A DNA stretch of 64,000 bases, taken from the NCBI RefSeq assembly GCF_009914755.1, contig NC_060926.1; one strand, 5' to 3'. Origin of the DNA: the human T2T-CHM13v2.0 reference genome, Homo sapiens. Below, piece by piece: positions 42,462 through 55,570 of this stretch. The notes under the pieces are model-generated. The model was given only the letters and a program-made list of their open reading frames with translations. It had not been told where the DNA came from and did not search any database. The first letter of the stretch is position 1. Each line of letters starts with the position of its first letter. A program made the position numbers and the translations under genes.

Positions 42462-43270
42462 GTAAGTACTGTAAACCACAATAGCATGATACTACTTGGT
42501 ATTTTACTTAATTTTTTAAAAGTAAGTGGTAGAATTCACTTCACTGATTTGGGGTATAAGTCTTAATATTTAGGCTCCTAGTTATTTTCAGACTTACTCT
42601 GTGCCCCTGCTCAGAATGGCAAGTTCTTGGGTCTTAAGTCCAAAGGCATCAGCCTCCTGTTTTCCAGTACTAGGAGTAGGAGGAAGCTGTTTGGGTGCCT
42701 TTACATTCTCACTGCCGTAGCCAGCACACGTCTGATGTTGGAACAGTATCCCCTTGATTGTGGTCCTTGCACAAGTAACATTGATCCTCCATCCTGGACT
42801 CCAGAGTTATAGTTCTTTATTTTAAGGTGACACTCAGACAATTAATAGAATTTTCTCTATTCTTTATCAAATTCGCTCATCTTTTGTCCAGGGACCACAC
42901 CTTCATACCAATAGTGACCTTTGACCTCTCACGAATATCTGTTACCTTCTTTCTCTAGTGTTTGCGCTACTTGCAAAAGTAACAGTGGAAACTCAGATAT
43001 TCACGGACAGTATTTTTAAAGCATTTTATACTTATTGCAATTATAACCTCATTACACCTATTGAGATTATAGCTATTTTGATTAAATACCTTAAACACAT
43101 TCTCACATACCAGACAGAAGAGGACCATTAAAATATGAACCTTATGGATTCCTTGCCTCATGATTTTTCAAGGAATTCAGACCCTGGATTAAATAGGGAA
43201 TATATCAAGATAAATGAAAGCTACAAGTCCAGAATTTTTTTTTTGTGGAGAATCTGTTTGAATACTAGAG

Positions 43271-43395
43271 TACACACATATATGTATATACACACACACA
43301 TACACATACACATATATATACACACACATATATACACACATATATACATACATATATATACACATACATATATACACACATGCACACATATTTAT
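43271..43395. repeat. Compound (TA)/(CA) microsatellite
   Basis: Directly visible alternating purine-pyrimidine tract. Confidence 0.95.
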
Positions 43396-43556
43396 ATCAT
43401 ATGTCTATTTATCTCAAACATATAAATAGAAAATAGTTTTCCTAGAAAAGCAAATACTTCTGGGATGATATTCTTTTCAATAACCATCCTTAAACATATG
43501 TTACAAACTTTTTATTTCCTTCCTGTCCAAAACAGTTGTTTCATTTTTCCCATTAG

Positions 43557-43652
43557 GAAGAGAAGCAAATAAACTGTGAAGTCACAGATAACTCTGGCGT
43601 GGTACAACTTGACTGCAGTATTGGCTATATATATGTAGATCATCTCTCAAGG
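43557..43652 (+). CDS. ITGA4: ITGA4 exon 19 (EEKQINCEVTDNSGVVQLDCSIGYIYVDHLSR)
   Basis: ttag|GAA...AGG|gtaagt; 96 bp. Confidence 0.97.
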
Positions 43653-44290
43653 GTAAGTGTTTCATATTTATGGCTTTTGTTCACTATCATGAATATTTTT
43701 TTCTATTCTTCCCTATCTTTAGGTTGCATAGAAAATATTATAAATATTTTAGCTTGGGGTAGGTAGCTGAGTGATGAAATAAAACTGGTTCTTGAAATCT
43801 TTGAGCTTTGTGTTTATATTCTTGGCAATGTTTGCTGTTTTAAAGGGGGTGGCATGTTTACATCGAAATGGGCATGTGCATGTGTCAATCAGAATTCTGC
43901 TCCCCCTACACACCCTTCCCGAAAACCCCCACCCCCACCGCAGGTGGTCCTGTCTGCCAGGCATGTTACCTCTGCTATACAAAAAGGTGTTTTTGGCAAG
44001 AGTCTCCACTCAAGTTGTGAAAGCATTTCTAATTTTGTCTAGACTTGCCTGCGTTCACATTCAGAGACGTCTTTGTCTCTGAATGTTACGTGTGGATATG
44101 TGTGTACTTTAAAATAGCCACAAACCCAACAACTTCCCTGAATCTTATTGCCAAGGGAGGAGTAGCTGATGCCTTTACAATGGTTCAATTCTACATTCCA
44201 TAGAACATAAACTTTTAAGAAAAAAATTCAGATTATAAAAAATGTACTTAAGATTTTTTTTAATGGGCTTTCCTGGTCTGTGTTTTACAG

Positions 44291-44370
44291 ATAGATATTA
44301 GCTTTCTCCTGGATGTGAGCTCACTCAGCAGAGCGGAAGAGGACCTCAGTATCACAGTGCATGCTACCTG
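44291..44370 (+). CDS. ITGA4: ITGA4 exon 20 (IDISFLLDVSSLSRAEEDLSITVHATC)
   Basis: acag|ATA...TG|gtataa; 80 bp. Confidence 0.97.
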
Positions 44371-45321
44371 GTATAATTTATTGTTAATAAAATGAACTAG
44401 AAATATACCCCCATATTCTGAGGGGGGGGAATTAGGAGAACCGTAAAACTGTGTTCCATTAATTGTAAGAGAAAACTTCTCTTACGTGGTATGCTTTTAA
44501 AAGAACCAAACAACATAGTTAAATGGGAGTTACTGGCAATGTTTTAGCTCTTGAGCTATGTTAAGTATTTATTAGATTAGATTAGAGTAGACATGATGTG
44601 TCACGAATCAAACTGTGTATTTGAAATCAAAAACAGAATAAACAGTTTACAAGTAATAACTCTACAAGATTTAAAAGTGAGGGTAATGACTTCCATAGAT
44701 ATGTCTCCTAGAGTAAATAGGAAATCGTTAATGACTATTTCATGAGTGAAGTTTCAATATATTTTTTAAAATTCAGAATAAACGTCAAGATGGACTTCAT
44801 TTTACCTAACACAACAACTTGGTCACCCTCTCATCCTAAAAATCTCTATAAGTAAAACTGATTATAAAGATACGTTAAGGCAGTACATGACTTGCTATAC
44901 AGTTTAAAAAATTATATGATTGATGTGCTTTCTTTGATCATTAAGTCTTGCAAAAACACTTCTTCAACCTAAAGAGAGTAATAGATTTGTTTCTAAACTA
45001 CCTATTTATTCTGGTTTTTGTACCACCTAGAACATAAATGTTAAAAAATCTTTTAATCTAATAAATGTAACTATTTGTTAAAAAAAAAAAAATTCCTCTA
45101 TCTAGCATTAGAAGCAAATGATAACAGTTTAAATAATGAGAGAAATTTTCTGCCAACCTTGTCCTAAAAAATTTTTACTACCATATCTACTTTTATCCCC
45201 ACTCCTCAAAAAGCATTTAAGCAAACCTCTGAGTATATTAGGTATACAGGGTATGTAATTAGTTCTCTCTGAAGATTTTTCTGCTTGGTGAATTCTAACA
45301 GGGTGTTTTCTGTTTGTATAG

Positions 45322-45411
45322 TGAAAATGAAGAGGAAATGGACAATCTAAAGCACAGCAGAGTGACTGTAGCAATACCTTTAAAATATGAGGTTAAGCTG
45401 ACTGTTCATGG
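45322..45411 (+). CDS. ITGA4: ITGA4 exon 21 (ENEEEMDNLKHSRVTVAIPLKYEVKLTVHG)
   Basis: atag|T...GG|gtaagt; 90 bp; TTCTAAC branch-point motif ~25 nt upstream. Confidence 0.97.
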
Positions 45412-46861
45412 GTAAGTAGACATAAAGGCTTCCTTTCAAATTTAGAGCTGATTTACAGTTTCCTTGCTTCTTACATTAATGAAAAAACTGTATTCTAGAA
45501 TTTTTTTAAAATAAAAAGGATACTCTATCTTTTAATAATTACCTCATTGTTATAGTCCCTTACTTAGCTGTCCATTATAATAATCCACTCTATAATCATC
45601 ACTGATACTACATCAAACTAGTACCCAGCTGGAGGAGATTTCTTACTGTGAGAGCCCCAACAAGCTAGCAAGGCCACACTGAGCCTTTCAGCTGTGCACT
45701 GTGTAATCCTAATCTGGAATTAGGCAGTATGCAGTCTGCATAATCATACTTAATGCCCATGTCAAGTGTGAAGTTCAGAGAAGTGTGAACTTAGTCAAAT
45801 CACTATTCTGCAGACCCGTATCTACACATGTGGCAAATGGATTGAGACGTGAGAGATCTGGCTGAAAGGTGTCCCTTGTCCACTTTTTATACCTATGGGA
45901 TCACCAGATTCCTCAACCACAGTATCAGAATTCATTGCTTCCTCATGATTTTAATGATTGAGTGGATCCCCCTCTCATTCAAGAAGGAGATGTGTGGAGA
46001 AAGAATAAAAGGGGGCTTACGGAAACCTTCAGTAATTCCACTAGAACTTATTCATGGTGTTAGTCCTTAAAACTACATTTTTATGCAGTAGAAGATATGA
46101 GTTACAGAACAAATAGACAGATGAGCCTTTCCTGTTGCTCTAAATCTAAACCATCCCGCAGTCATCTTATCCACTTAGAAAGGTGATATACAGTCATGTA
46201 AATGTAAAATGTCAGTGTCTGATGGAATTGAGTATCAAGTTTGAGATAAAGCAAACGGGTGAAAAAAGGCCATTCACAGGAGAGTAAGACCTAGAGAATC
46301 ACGAGTAAGCAAATAAAAAGTTCATTGCGTGTTTCCTGGTTTTCATTGTTTATCTTGCCACTCCTCCTGGCTTATGATGAGTGTCTTCCTATTTTTCTGT
46401 TATTCACATCTCATTATTTTGAACAAGGTATGTTCACCTGTTAAACTGCCTAAATCTATGCTGGTTACTTTCCTGTTTCATGAGTTTCTAATTTGGTATT
46501 ACCTAATATTAGCTGCCAAATGTGAGCACCTTATGGAGTAGAGATCTCCCTAGAAACATATTTCTTAGAGTTTATTGCAGATAAAAATGTCAAATCACAG
46601 GCCTTTAAAAGAGAGTGACAGCCTTGTATTGTAACAAAAAATTTATCATACTTAATAATGTTAGACTTGTTCCCCAGATTTGGGGTTCATTATAAGTAGC
46701 CAGCAGGGATCATGAGATGGGAAGAAATAATTCAAAAATGGGTAACATAAATTGAGGTATGAGAACCTTAGGAAAAAACTAAGAAGTTATCCCACATTAC
46801 ATTTGCCAAATTTACATGAATCACTTAAGGGCTGAAAGAGAAGGAATGGTCAGTAGAATGA

Positions 46862-47272
<411 letters not shown>

Positions 47273-47433
47273 CTAATTTAATTTCTTTTTAAATAAAATG
47301 TATATCTGACCACAAAACCAAAAGTATTCCATGGTGACTTGTAAATATGCTATAATCCAGACTATAGAAAAAGACTCTTTATAATACGTCATCGAATAAG
47401 ACAGTTAATTAAATTTGAATTTGTTTTTACCAG

Positions 47434-47524
47434 GTTTGTAAACCCAACTTCATTTGTGTATGGATCAAATGATGAAAATGAGCCTGAAACGTGCATGGTG
47501 GAGAAAATGAACTTAACTTTCCAT
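47434..47524 (+). CDS. ITGA4: ITGA4 exon 22 (FVNPTSFVYGSNDENEPETCMVEKMNLTFH)
   Basis: ccag|G...CAT|gtaaga; 91 bp. Confidence 0.97.
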
Positions 47525-49677
47525 GTAAGAAAAGTTAATTGTGTTAATATTTGTAACAACCTAAAAGGATGTCACTGATGCATTGCTCCAAGGGACATTG
47601 TACACCTATGACGTCCTTCAGCCTCTGCAGACCACAGCTGGCTGGAATGGGGCAGCAGCAGTGGTACTCCTGCCTCTCAGACCCCTGCTGCTTTCCTTCC
47701 ACTTGTCTTGTCCCTGATATTCAAGCCCATATTTCCTTACAGGACAGGTGAGAAAGAGCATGCAGGAACAGAGATAATGCCTGAAACAGGCAAAGTTATG
47801 GGATGAGCTGAATTTGCTAGAGACACATACAGAAAACAGGACAGGCCAAGGGAAGGCATCTTTGGGTGCAAATCAGTGAAATTTCTTCTTGGTTCAAGCG
47901 TATAAAAACCTCAGCACTACAAAGTAAAGGAGGCTCTTACCTCCCATCTCCATTTAAGATCACGTTGGTTAGCCTTTCAAGCCATAAGTTTATGACCTGT
48001 GACAAGTGCTTTATCAATTATTAAATAACCTTTTAAAGTAAAGAGTACTATCGTAATTCAGAAGTATTAGGAGACTGATGTAAACCTAAGTTTTTAAAAA
48101 CATTTTTTGCTGTCAAACTGATATTTTTATTGTATCAAAGATGTTGGTGATTAGTAAATATAATTTCCAAAAAAAAATTCTTTGAACCAAAAGCACTGTC
48201 CAAGCATTCTTATAGAATAATCTATATTTGTGAGTAAATCTTGGATTAGGTATAATATTTTGTAAGACAATGCTTTTCAAAATGTGTATTAGAATCACTT
48301 GGGGTACCTATCCAGAATGCAAATTCCTTGGCTTTGCCCCAAATCTGTGGAAAAAGAATGACCTTGAAATCCTGTTGATTCTATGTATACTCCAATTTTT
48401 GTTACACTAGTTGATACTAATGTTGAAAAATTTTAGTTCTCCACTTTGAAGTCCCAAGAAATGCTCTTTAAAACCCAGTGGGAGTTTGTGCTTTGATAAA
48501 CTAAAACAGAAACCAAACTGGACTCTAGAATGTTTATTTATTAATTTACAATTAATAGTTAAAAAGTATTTTCTACTAAATGTATAATGTAGTGACTGGC
48601 ACTGGAGAAACTTGCAGTATATAGGATTTCTGTGTCTAGTCAACTATGTAGATATTCTTAGAGGTTTAATTGTTGTTAGGCAAACAGATGTTTGTGATTT
48701 AGATATTTAATGGCATCCAGAAGACCTTGTCTGTAGTATTGGGCACTGCTAGGTATCTGTTGCTGACATTTCCTGCTGCAACTGCCCTGTGCTTTTATGG
48801 ATTAGCAATTACCACCTGTTCCCAATTTGGAGACACTTTCTTCATCTATGTCACATGCATTCATAAAATGACTGCAGGTCTGCAAGTCATCTTTTTTAAT
48901 CGAGGTATTGGGATGCATCTCTTTCTGACTTACTGTATTGGTTTTACAGTTAAGCTGCCAGTTCAGTAGGCTATATTTTGGCCCCATTTCCCTTTTCAGG
49001 AATCTTCAATCCCCAAATTTATCATCCTCTTATGCATTTTTTGACAAGTATTGTTAAAAACCTTTTGTGCTTTCTCAAAACCCAACAACATACTTTTCTT
49101 CTGAATGCATCAGCATATAGATCCTGAATAAAAATACATTTTTATTCACTTTCTCCTGCTGATTATCCTCTTAGCACAGAGTGCTTTTGCGATAACATCA
49201 TAGGATTTAGAATTACAATACCTGAGTTTTGGTCATAACTCTTGTCATTTTTTAACTTTTATCTTGGGAACACTAAGAACACCTGTTAGCATTTCCCTTA
49301 GCTGGTGAATACCAAAATGTTGGCCTACCTCATGAGAACCAAATGATATTTTTAAAATATGTAATGTAACATACAAATATATATTGTTTATGTCTCCTAA
49401 GACTGTTTCTCCAATAAACCATCAGCCTGTACTTTTTGTTTTCAACAATACCAAAACTAGAAGGTTAGAAACAATGACTCATTTGAAATTATTAGCAAAC
49501 TTTAAAAATTCTGACTATGGATATCCTGTCTCCCTTTGTTATGCAGCTGCCAACTATAAACCTCCACCACTATAAATGTTGCATGGAATATACGGGATCA
49601 CCTAAAAGCTCACTGATATCTGTACTTACATTTATAGAAAACATTTAATTTGTTAAAAAATTTTTCCTTCTTATCAG

Positions 49678-49785
49678 GTTATCAACACTGGCAATAGTAT
49701 GGCTCCCAATGTTAGTGTGGAAATAATGGTACCAAATTCTTTTAGCCCCCAAACTGATAAGCTGTTCAACATTTTGGATGTCCAG
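49678..49785 (+). CDS. ITGA4: ITGA4 exon 23 (VINTGNSMAPNVSVEIMVPNSFSPQTDKLFNILDVQ)
   Basis: tcag|GTT...CAG|gtaaaa; 108 bp. Confidence 0.97.
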
Positions 49786-50660
49786 GTAAAAATGTATTTC
49801 TTCCATCTAACCTTTATTGTGTGTCTTAAATACTAAAATAAATGCAAACCAATCCTTTATTCGAGTAATGATGTGAAAATGGATAATTGTTAACTTACTT
49901 CAGTCACACTCTAAGCTATGAATTCACCATGCATTTATTGAGTTATGCTTTGAATATTATACATTTCTTTAGAACTGTAGAGTTACAGTGCAACTTTTAC
50001 ATTTGATTTAAATAACAGAACTATATTCTACCATCTCCATTGAATAATTATTTTAAGATACATTGTTGTGTGATATGGACCTATAGAGGTAACTTCTATT
50101 AGTAGAATTCTTCATAAAACTTGAAACTACTGTGCAAATATGAGGATTATAGCCTTTTTTTAAGGAAGCACTATTCAAACCACTTCTTAAGAACCGATAT
50201 TCTTGCACTGATGGTTCCATCAGAATTGTTTTGAGCTTAACAGGTTGAAGACAAAAGTCAACAAATCTACTAAATAGGTTTGAGGTCTGATTTTTAAAAA
50301 TCCTATTTAAATTCCAGATTTAGAGAGAAGAATATGGTGTTATATTGTTTCGCCTATAAAGGCGAAGAAATATTTAATGTCATGCTAATGTTCCAATATC
50401 ATTTTTCACATTTCTGCAAGGTTAAGGCCATTTTATCAGCTTAGAACCTATATCCAACCTGCTGTAATTTGGCTGGGTTTTTGTGTTTCTGCCACAGACA
50501 TTTAATCACTCCCAAATCTGTCAAAAAAATTTCTACAATTTCAGAGGTACTTGATATATTTTAGCAAAGATAAGCTACTGGAACTTTTAAAACCAGGTTG
50601 CTTTTTGCTGTTTTTTCCAGTGTTGAAAGATAAGATTTCTCTTGCTTTCTGTCTTCATAG

Positions 50661-50786
50661 ACTACTACTGGAGAATGCCACTTTGAAAATTATCAAAGAG
50701 TGTGTGCATTAGAGCAGCAAAAGAGTGCAATGCAGACCTTGAAAGGCATAGTCCAGTTCTTGTCCAAGACTGATAAGAGGCTATTG
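50661..50786 (+). CDS. ITGA4: ITGA4 exon 24 (TTTGECHFENYQRVCALEQQKSAMQTLKGIVQFLSKTDKRLL)
   Basis: atag|ACT...TTG|gtaagt; 126 bp. Confidence 0.97.
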
Positions 50787-50983
50787 GTAAGTTTCAGTTT
50801 TTCAGGTTGTAGTTCCTGCTTTCCAACAGAGAAGTGAGACACTTAAAATCAAGTCAATGGGTTTGAGCTGTCACTTCAATAATAAGAGAGAAGACAAGTT
50901 TAGGTAGTATTCTTGCGTGGAAGGAACAAGCATGGTTGGAAAGTTGAGATAGACCCAGGGTCTATCCCATATATAAACATGTT

Positions 50984-51338
<355 letters not shown>

Positions 51339-51793
51339 TCAGGACACCAAGAGGTTGTCTTCACCTGGGCAGCCTTTGTGGCATGGGTTAATTTTCATTC
51401 TTTTCAGCTTAGTGAATGTATGAAAAGAAACTGGAGAAGCAGTCATCACCTTGAAATGATCCATGTTTTACAACAAACAAAGAATACGTAACTTAGCAAG
51501 ACTCTGATTAGGAACATTTTTTAAAAATTCTGTCCCAGAAGATTATGTTAATACAAATAATAAGAACATATGCTGCAGTTTAAATACTTTATTATAATTT
51601 AGAAAACAAACATTCATGTCTTGTTTAAAGGTAATTTAAATGCCACTAAGGAAAGCAGATGTTTAATTTCATATTTATGGAAAGATGATTTTCAAAATGC
51701 CATTAGAGTATATATTAAATTCTATATAAAATATTTTAAAAATATTTTCCAATGTTGAAAATTTTAATGTAGCACTTTTATATTCCCTTCAAG

Positions 51794-51913
51794 TACTGCA
51801 TAAAAGCTGATCCACATTGTTTAAATTTCTTGTGTAATTTTGGGAAAATGGAAAGTGGAAAAGAAGCCAGTGTTCATATCCAACTGGAAGGCCGGCCATC
51901 CATTTTAGAAATG
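51794..51913 (+). CDS. ITGA4: ITGA4 exon 25 (YCIKADPHCLNFLCNFGKMESGKEASVHIQLEGRPSILEM)
   Basis: caag|TAC...ATG|gtaagt; 120 bp. Confidence 0.97.
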
Positions 51914-52129
51914 GTAAGTAAGTCTAAAACATTGACAACTTGGTGGCTAAGTTTACATAAAATCTATAAATTCAGTCATATAGGCAGGATAGTATGAAGG
52001 CATTCAACAAATTAAATTTTAAATAAAATTTTGGAGTAAAACTCTAAAACTGTATTTCTATCACTTCAACTATCTACATTGACTAAGTGAAATGGCTTTA
52101 GAAATTAACAGGTAATAAAGGCTAAAATA

Positions 52130-52217
52130 GGCCAGGCACAGTGGCTCATGCCTGTAATCCCAGCACTTTGGGAGGCCAAGGCAGGAGGATCACTTGAGGC
52201 CAGGAGTTCGAGACCAG
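52130..52217 (+). mobile_element. 3'-truncated Alu left arm
   Basis: ggccaggcacagtggctcatgcc...ttcgagaccag, then an abrupt switch to L1. Confidence 0.9.
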
Positions 52218-53111
52218 TTGTATTCCTAGGTAGATGTCTGGTGTTATTTCTGAGGTCTCTGTTCTGTTCCATTGGCCTCTGTATGTGTTTTGGTTAGCCT
52301 TGTAGTACAGTTTGAAGTCGGGTAGCCTGATGCCTCCAGCTTTCTTTTTGCTTAGGATTGTCTTGACTATATGGGCTCTTTTACGGTTCCATAGGAAATT
52401 TAAAGTAGTTTTTTCTAATTCTGCGAAGAAAGTCAATGGTAGCTTGATGGGAGTAGCCTTGAATCTGTAAATTACTTTGGGCAGTATGGCCATTTTCACG
52501 ATATTGATTCTTCCTATCCATGAGCATAGAATATTTTTTTCCATTTGTTTGTGTCCTCTTATTTCCTTGAGCAGTGGTTTGTAGTGCTCCTTGAAGAGGT
52601 CCTTCACATCCCTTGTAAGTTGGATTCCTAGGTATTTTATTCTGTTTGTAGTGAATGGGAATTCACTCATGATTTGGCTCTCTGCTTGTCTATTATTGTA
52701 TACGAATGCTTGTGACTTTTGCACATTGATTTTTGTATCCTGAGACTTTGCTGAAGTTGCTTATAAGCTTAAGGAGTTTTGGGGCTGAGACCATGGAGTT
52801 TTCTAAATATGCAATCATGTCACCTGCAAACAATTTGACTTCCTCTCTTCCTATTTGAATACCCTTTGTTGCTTTCTCTTGCCTGATTGCCCTGGCCAGA
52901 ACTTCCAATACTGTGTTGAATAGGAGTGGTGAGAGAGGGCATCCTTGTCTTGTGACGGTTTTCAAAGGGAATGCTTCCAGTTTTTGCCCATTCAGTATGA
53001 TATTGGCTATGGGTTTGTCATAAATAGCTCTTATTGAGATATGTTCCATCAACACCTAGTTTATTGAGAGTTTTTAGCATGAAGGGATGATGAATTTTAT
53101 TGAAGCCCTTT
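52218..53111 (-). mobile_element. Internal L1PA ORF2 (reverse transcriptase) fragment, frameshifted
   Basis: ORFs 52693..53055 ([12 protein letters not shown]...FAGDMI, catalytic FADD degenerated) and 52146..52724 (IKYLGIQLT...[10 protein letters not shown]). Confidence 0.95.
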
Positions 53112-53566
53112 TATTTTAAAAATATAGCTAAGAAGAAAAACTAAGGCTTTCATAAAATCAAATAAAATCAAAATTCAACAACAAAAACATATTTAAATTT
53201 TAAAAATAATGAAATATATCTTGGACTTTTTCCTACAAAGGAGCATGTATATTTATGAGGAGTAGTTTGAGATGAAACTAGTTTTATGTGGAGTTCTGTT
53301 TTTCAGCTTTCTCATCTGTTCAATATGGATAAATGAGATGATTTTTATAAGAACTTAGTTCATGGAACATAGGAAGCCAAAGGAAATGGCAGCTGTTATG
53401 TTCAAGTGGAATTCTTGAAATTGCCAAACAGTGCTTAAGAGGAAGATACACTAGACAGGCAAAGAAGAAATATCCATTTTAGTTTCAACTGTGCTAAAAG
53501 CAAAGTCATTGAACCATCAGCAAGTCATTTAACCTTTTGCAGTTTGCCTTATCTTTTTCTCTAGGT

Positions 53567-53781
53567 CTAGGTTTTCCATCAGTGGCCATAATTGGCATTT
53601 TGAACCAGATAATTTTGTTTTGGGGGGTTGTCCTGTGCATTGTAGGATATTTAGTATCATCCTCAGCCTCTATACGCTCACTGCTGGTAGTACCACCTCC
53701 CACGTTCTGACACTTGACAGTTTCTTTAGACATTCCTGACTGTCCCTTAGGTGATAAAACCCTCCCTGCTGAGAACCACTG
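53567..53781. mobile_element. MER20 (hAT-Charlie) relic
   Basis: cagataattttgtt..gggggttgtcctgtgcattgtaggatatttag...gctgagaaccactg. Confidence 0.85.
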
Positions 53782-54408
53782 CTCTAGATCTATAGGAAGC
53801 TTGTCATTTTTGGCTCTAAAATGTTAAATAACATTTACACAATAGTTTTAAAGGTCATATCCCTCTTTAAGAATCTGACTAAATATATTCTCATCTCCCT
53901 CAGCAAATGCACACATGAAAACATCTCCTAAAGATTCTTAGAATTTATAAAGCCCTTCTACAGATCCCCAAGCTTCATGGATTCTGCGTTATAAAATCCT
54001 TGCTTTAGATAGTAAAGTTCTGAGTTCATCCACTGATTTTATATTTGAATTCTATAATGTATTTAATTTAGAAAGAAATAAAAAGCCCAAATAAGATAGA
54101 TTCAATATGCGGTGGTGGGGTGGAGAACAATGGTAAATGGTAACTTACCTCTTTCTGTAGTCTAATATTTAAATCAAGTTATTTGCAAGGTAGCTGTTTA
54201 ATCAAAGGATTTCAATAAAATGATACTATATAAATTAATACCAAGACCACACTTTGGGAACCAAAGGAGGCACTGCAGTTAATTTTAAGTGGTGAAATAA
54301 ATTGGGGAAGGTAAATTGTGAAAACCTCTAGCTAGAAGGTAAAGATCCTGATAAATTATGTCTTTATGAAATAAACCAGGCTATGGTGATCCTTCTTTTA
54401 TTAAACAG

Positions 54409-54507
54409 GATGAGACTTCAGCACTCAAGTTTGAAATAAGAGCAACAGGTTTTCCAGAGCCAAATCCAAGAGTAATTGAACTAAACAAGGATGAGAATGT
54501 TGCGCAC
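54409..54507 (+). CDS. ITGA4: ITGA4 exon 26 (DETSALKFEIRATGFPEPNPRVIELNKDENVAH)
   Basis: acag|GAT...CAC|gtaaga; 99 bp. Confidence 0.97.
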
Positions 54508-54954
54508 GTAAGATTACCCTCTTAACTGCTACATTAAAATTATAGGAAAACACATTTCAAGGGTGTCTATAATTACTTCCTTCTGAGTAACTGAGTTGGG
54601 AAAGTAGAGTGTGACCAGCTCATGGAGGGCCCCCAATACTTGGTTGAGAGTTGGCATTTTCCACAACTGGCAGGAGGGAACAATACAGCAGTTCTTTCAG
54701 AGAGGTGAATTGGGCAGCAGTGAGAATTGAATAGATTGGAGGAAAAGTCATGGATACAGCCCATTACACTCACTGTTTCTGCTAAACAGTTACCAGTGTT
54801 TCCTGCAATTATATTAGAACCAGCAAGAAAATGGGCTGGGCAGTTCTAAATACTACTGGGGATTATGGCAGGGCTTTAAAGGAAATATAAGCAACGTTTT
54901 AAACTGATTTTTTTTTTTTTGGTTTTTGAGTTTTATTTTTCTTAACTCACGTAG

Positions 54955-55074
54955 GTTCTACTGGAAGGACTACATCATCAAAGACCCAAACGTTATTTCA
55001 CCATAGTGATTATTTCAAGTAGCTTGCTACTTGGACTTATTGTACTTCTGTTGATCTCATATGTTATGTGGAAG
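54955..55074 (+). CDS. ITGA4: ITGA4 exon 27 (VLLEGLHHQRPKRYFTIVIISSSLLLGLIVLLLISYVMWK; transmembrane helix)
   Basis: gtag|GTT...AAG|gtaagc; 120 bp; hydrophobic TM run. Confidence 0.97.
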
Positions 55075-55570
55075 GTAAGCATTTAACAATTACCAACATT
55101 AGTCTACTAAAAATGACATTTTCTCAAAGCCAATTTGACTTCCAAGTTATTAGATTTAAATATTTCACTATTTGAATGTTAACTTTTTATGTTGCTCAGT
55201 ACTGATCTCACATTTCTCTTCAACACCAAAGTCTTTCTAGAAAAATATGCATTCTTAATTTGTTTTGAAAGACAGACGTTCCTTTTAAAAAACCATTTGG
55301 AAAAGATTGCAAATTACACGGAATGTCAATTTTGGAGAGAATGTGGTGTGTATCACTGAGAATTTCTGCATTAAAAACAAAAATGTTTCTTTAACCCGGT
55401 ATGTCCCCACTAATTTTTACTGATTACCTCTGTTAAACCTTTATGACTGATGTTACAAGGGATGCAGTTTAAGAAATATTGGTGTTAACTGCTTAGATAT
55501 TAGAAATGAGTATAGTAGATAAGAGAGTGTTCATAACTATACACTAGTGATTATGTTATGCTATTTTCAG

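Noticed and set aside
43135-43425. His/Thr/Tyr-rich ORFs (also 10940..11149)
   Set aside because: Translations of microsatellites.
52146-53055. Reverse-transcriptase-like ORFs (192 aa and 120 aa) as an active RT or new gene
   Set aside because: Frameshifted internal L1 ORF2 fragment with a broken catalytic motif (FAGD); the C-terminus runs into Alu.
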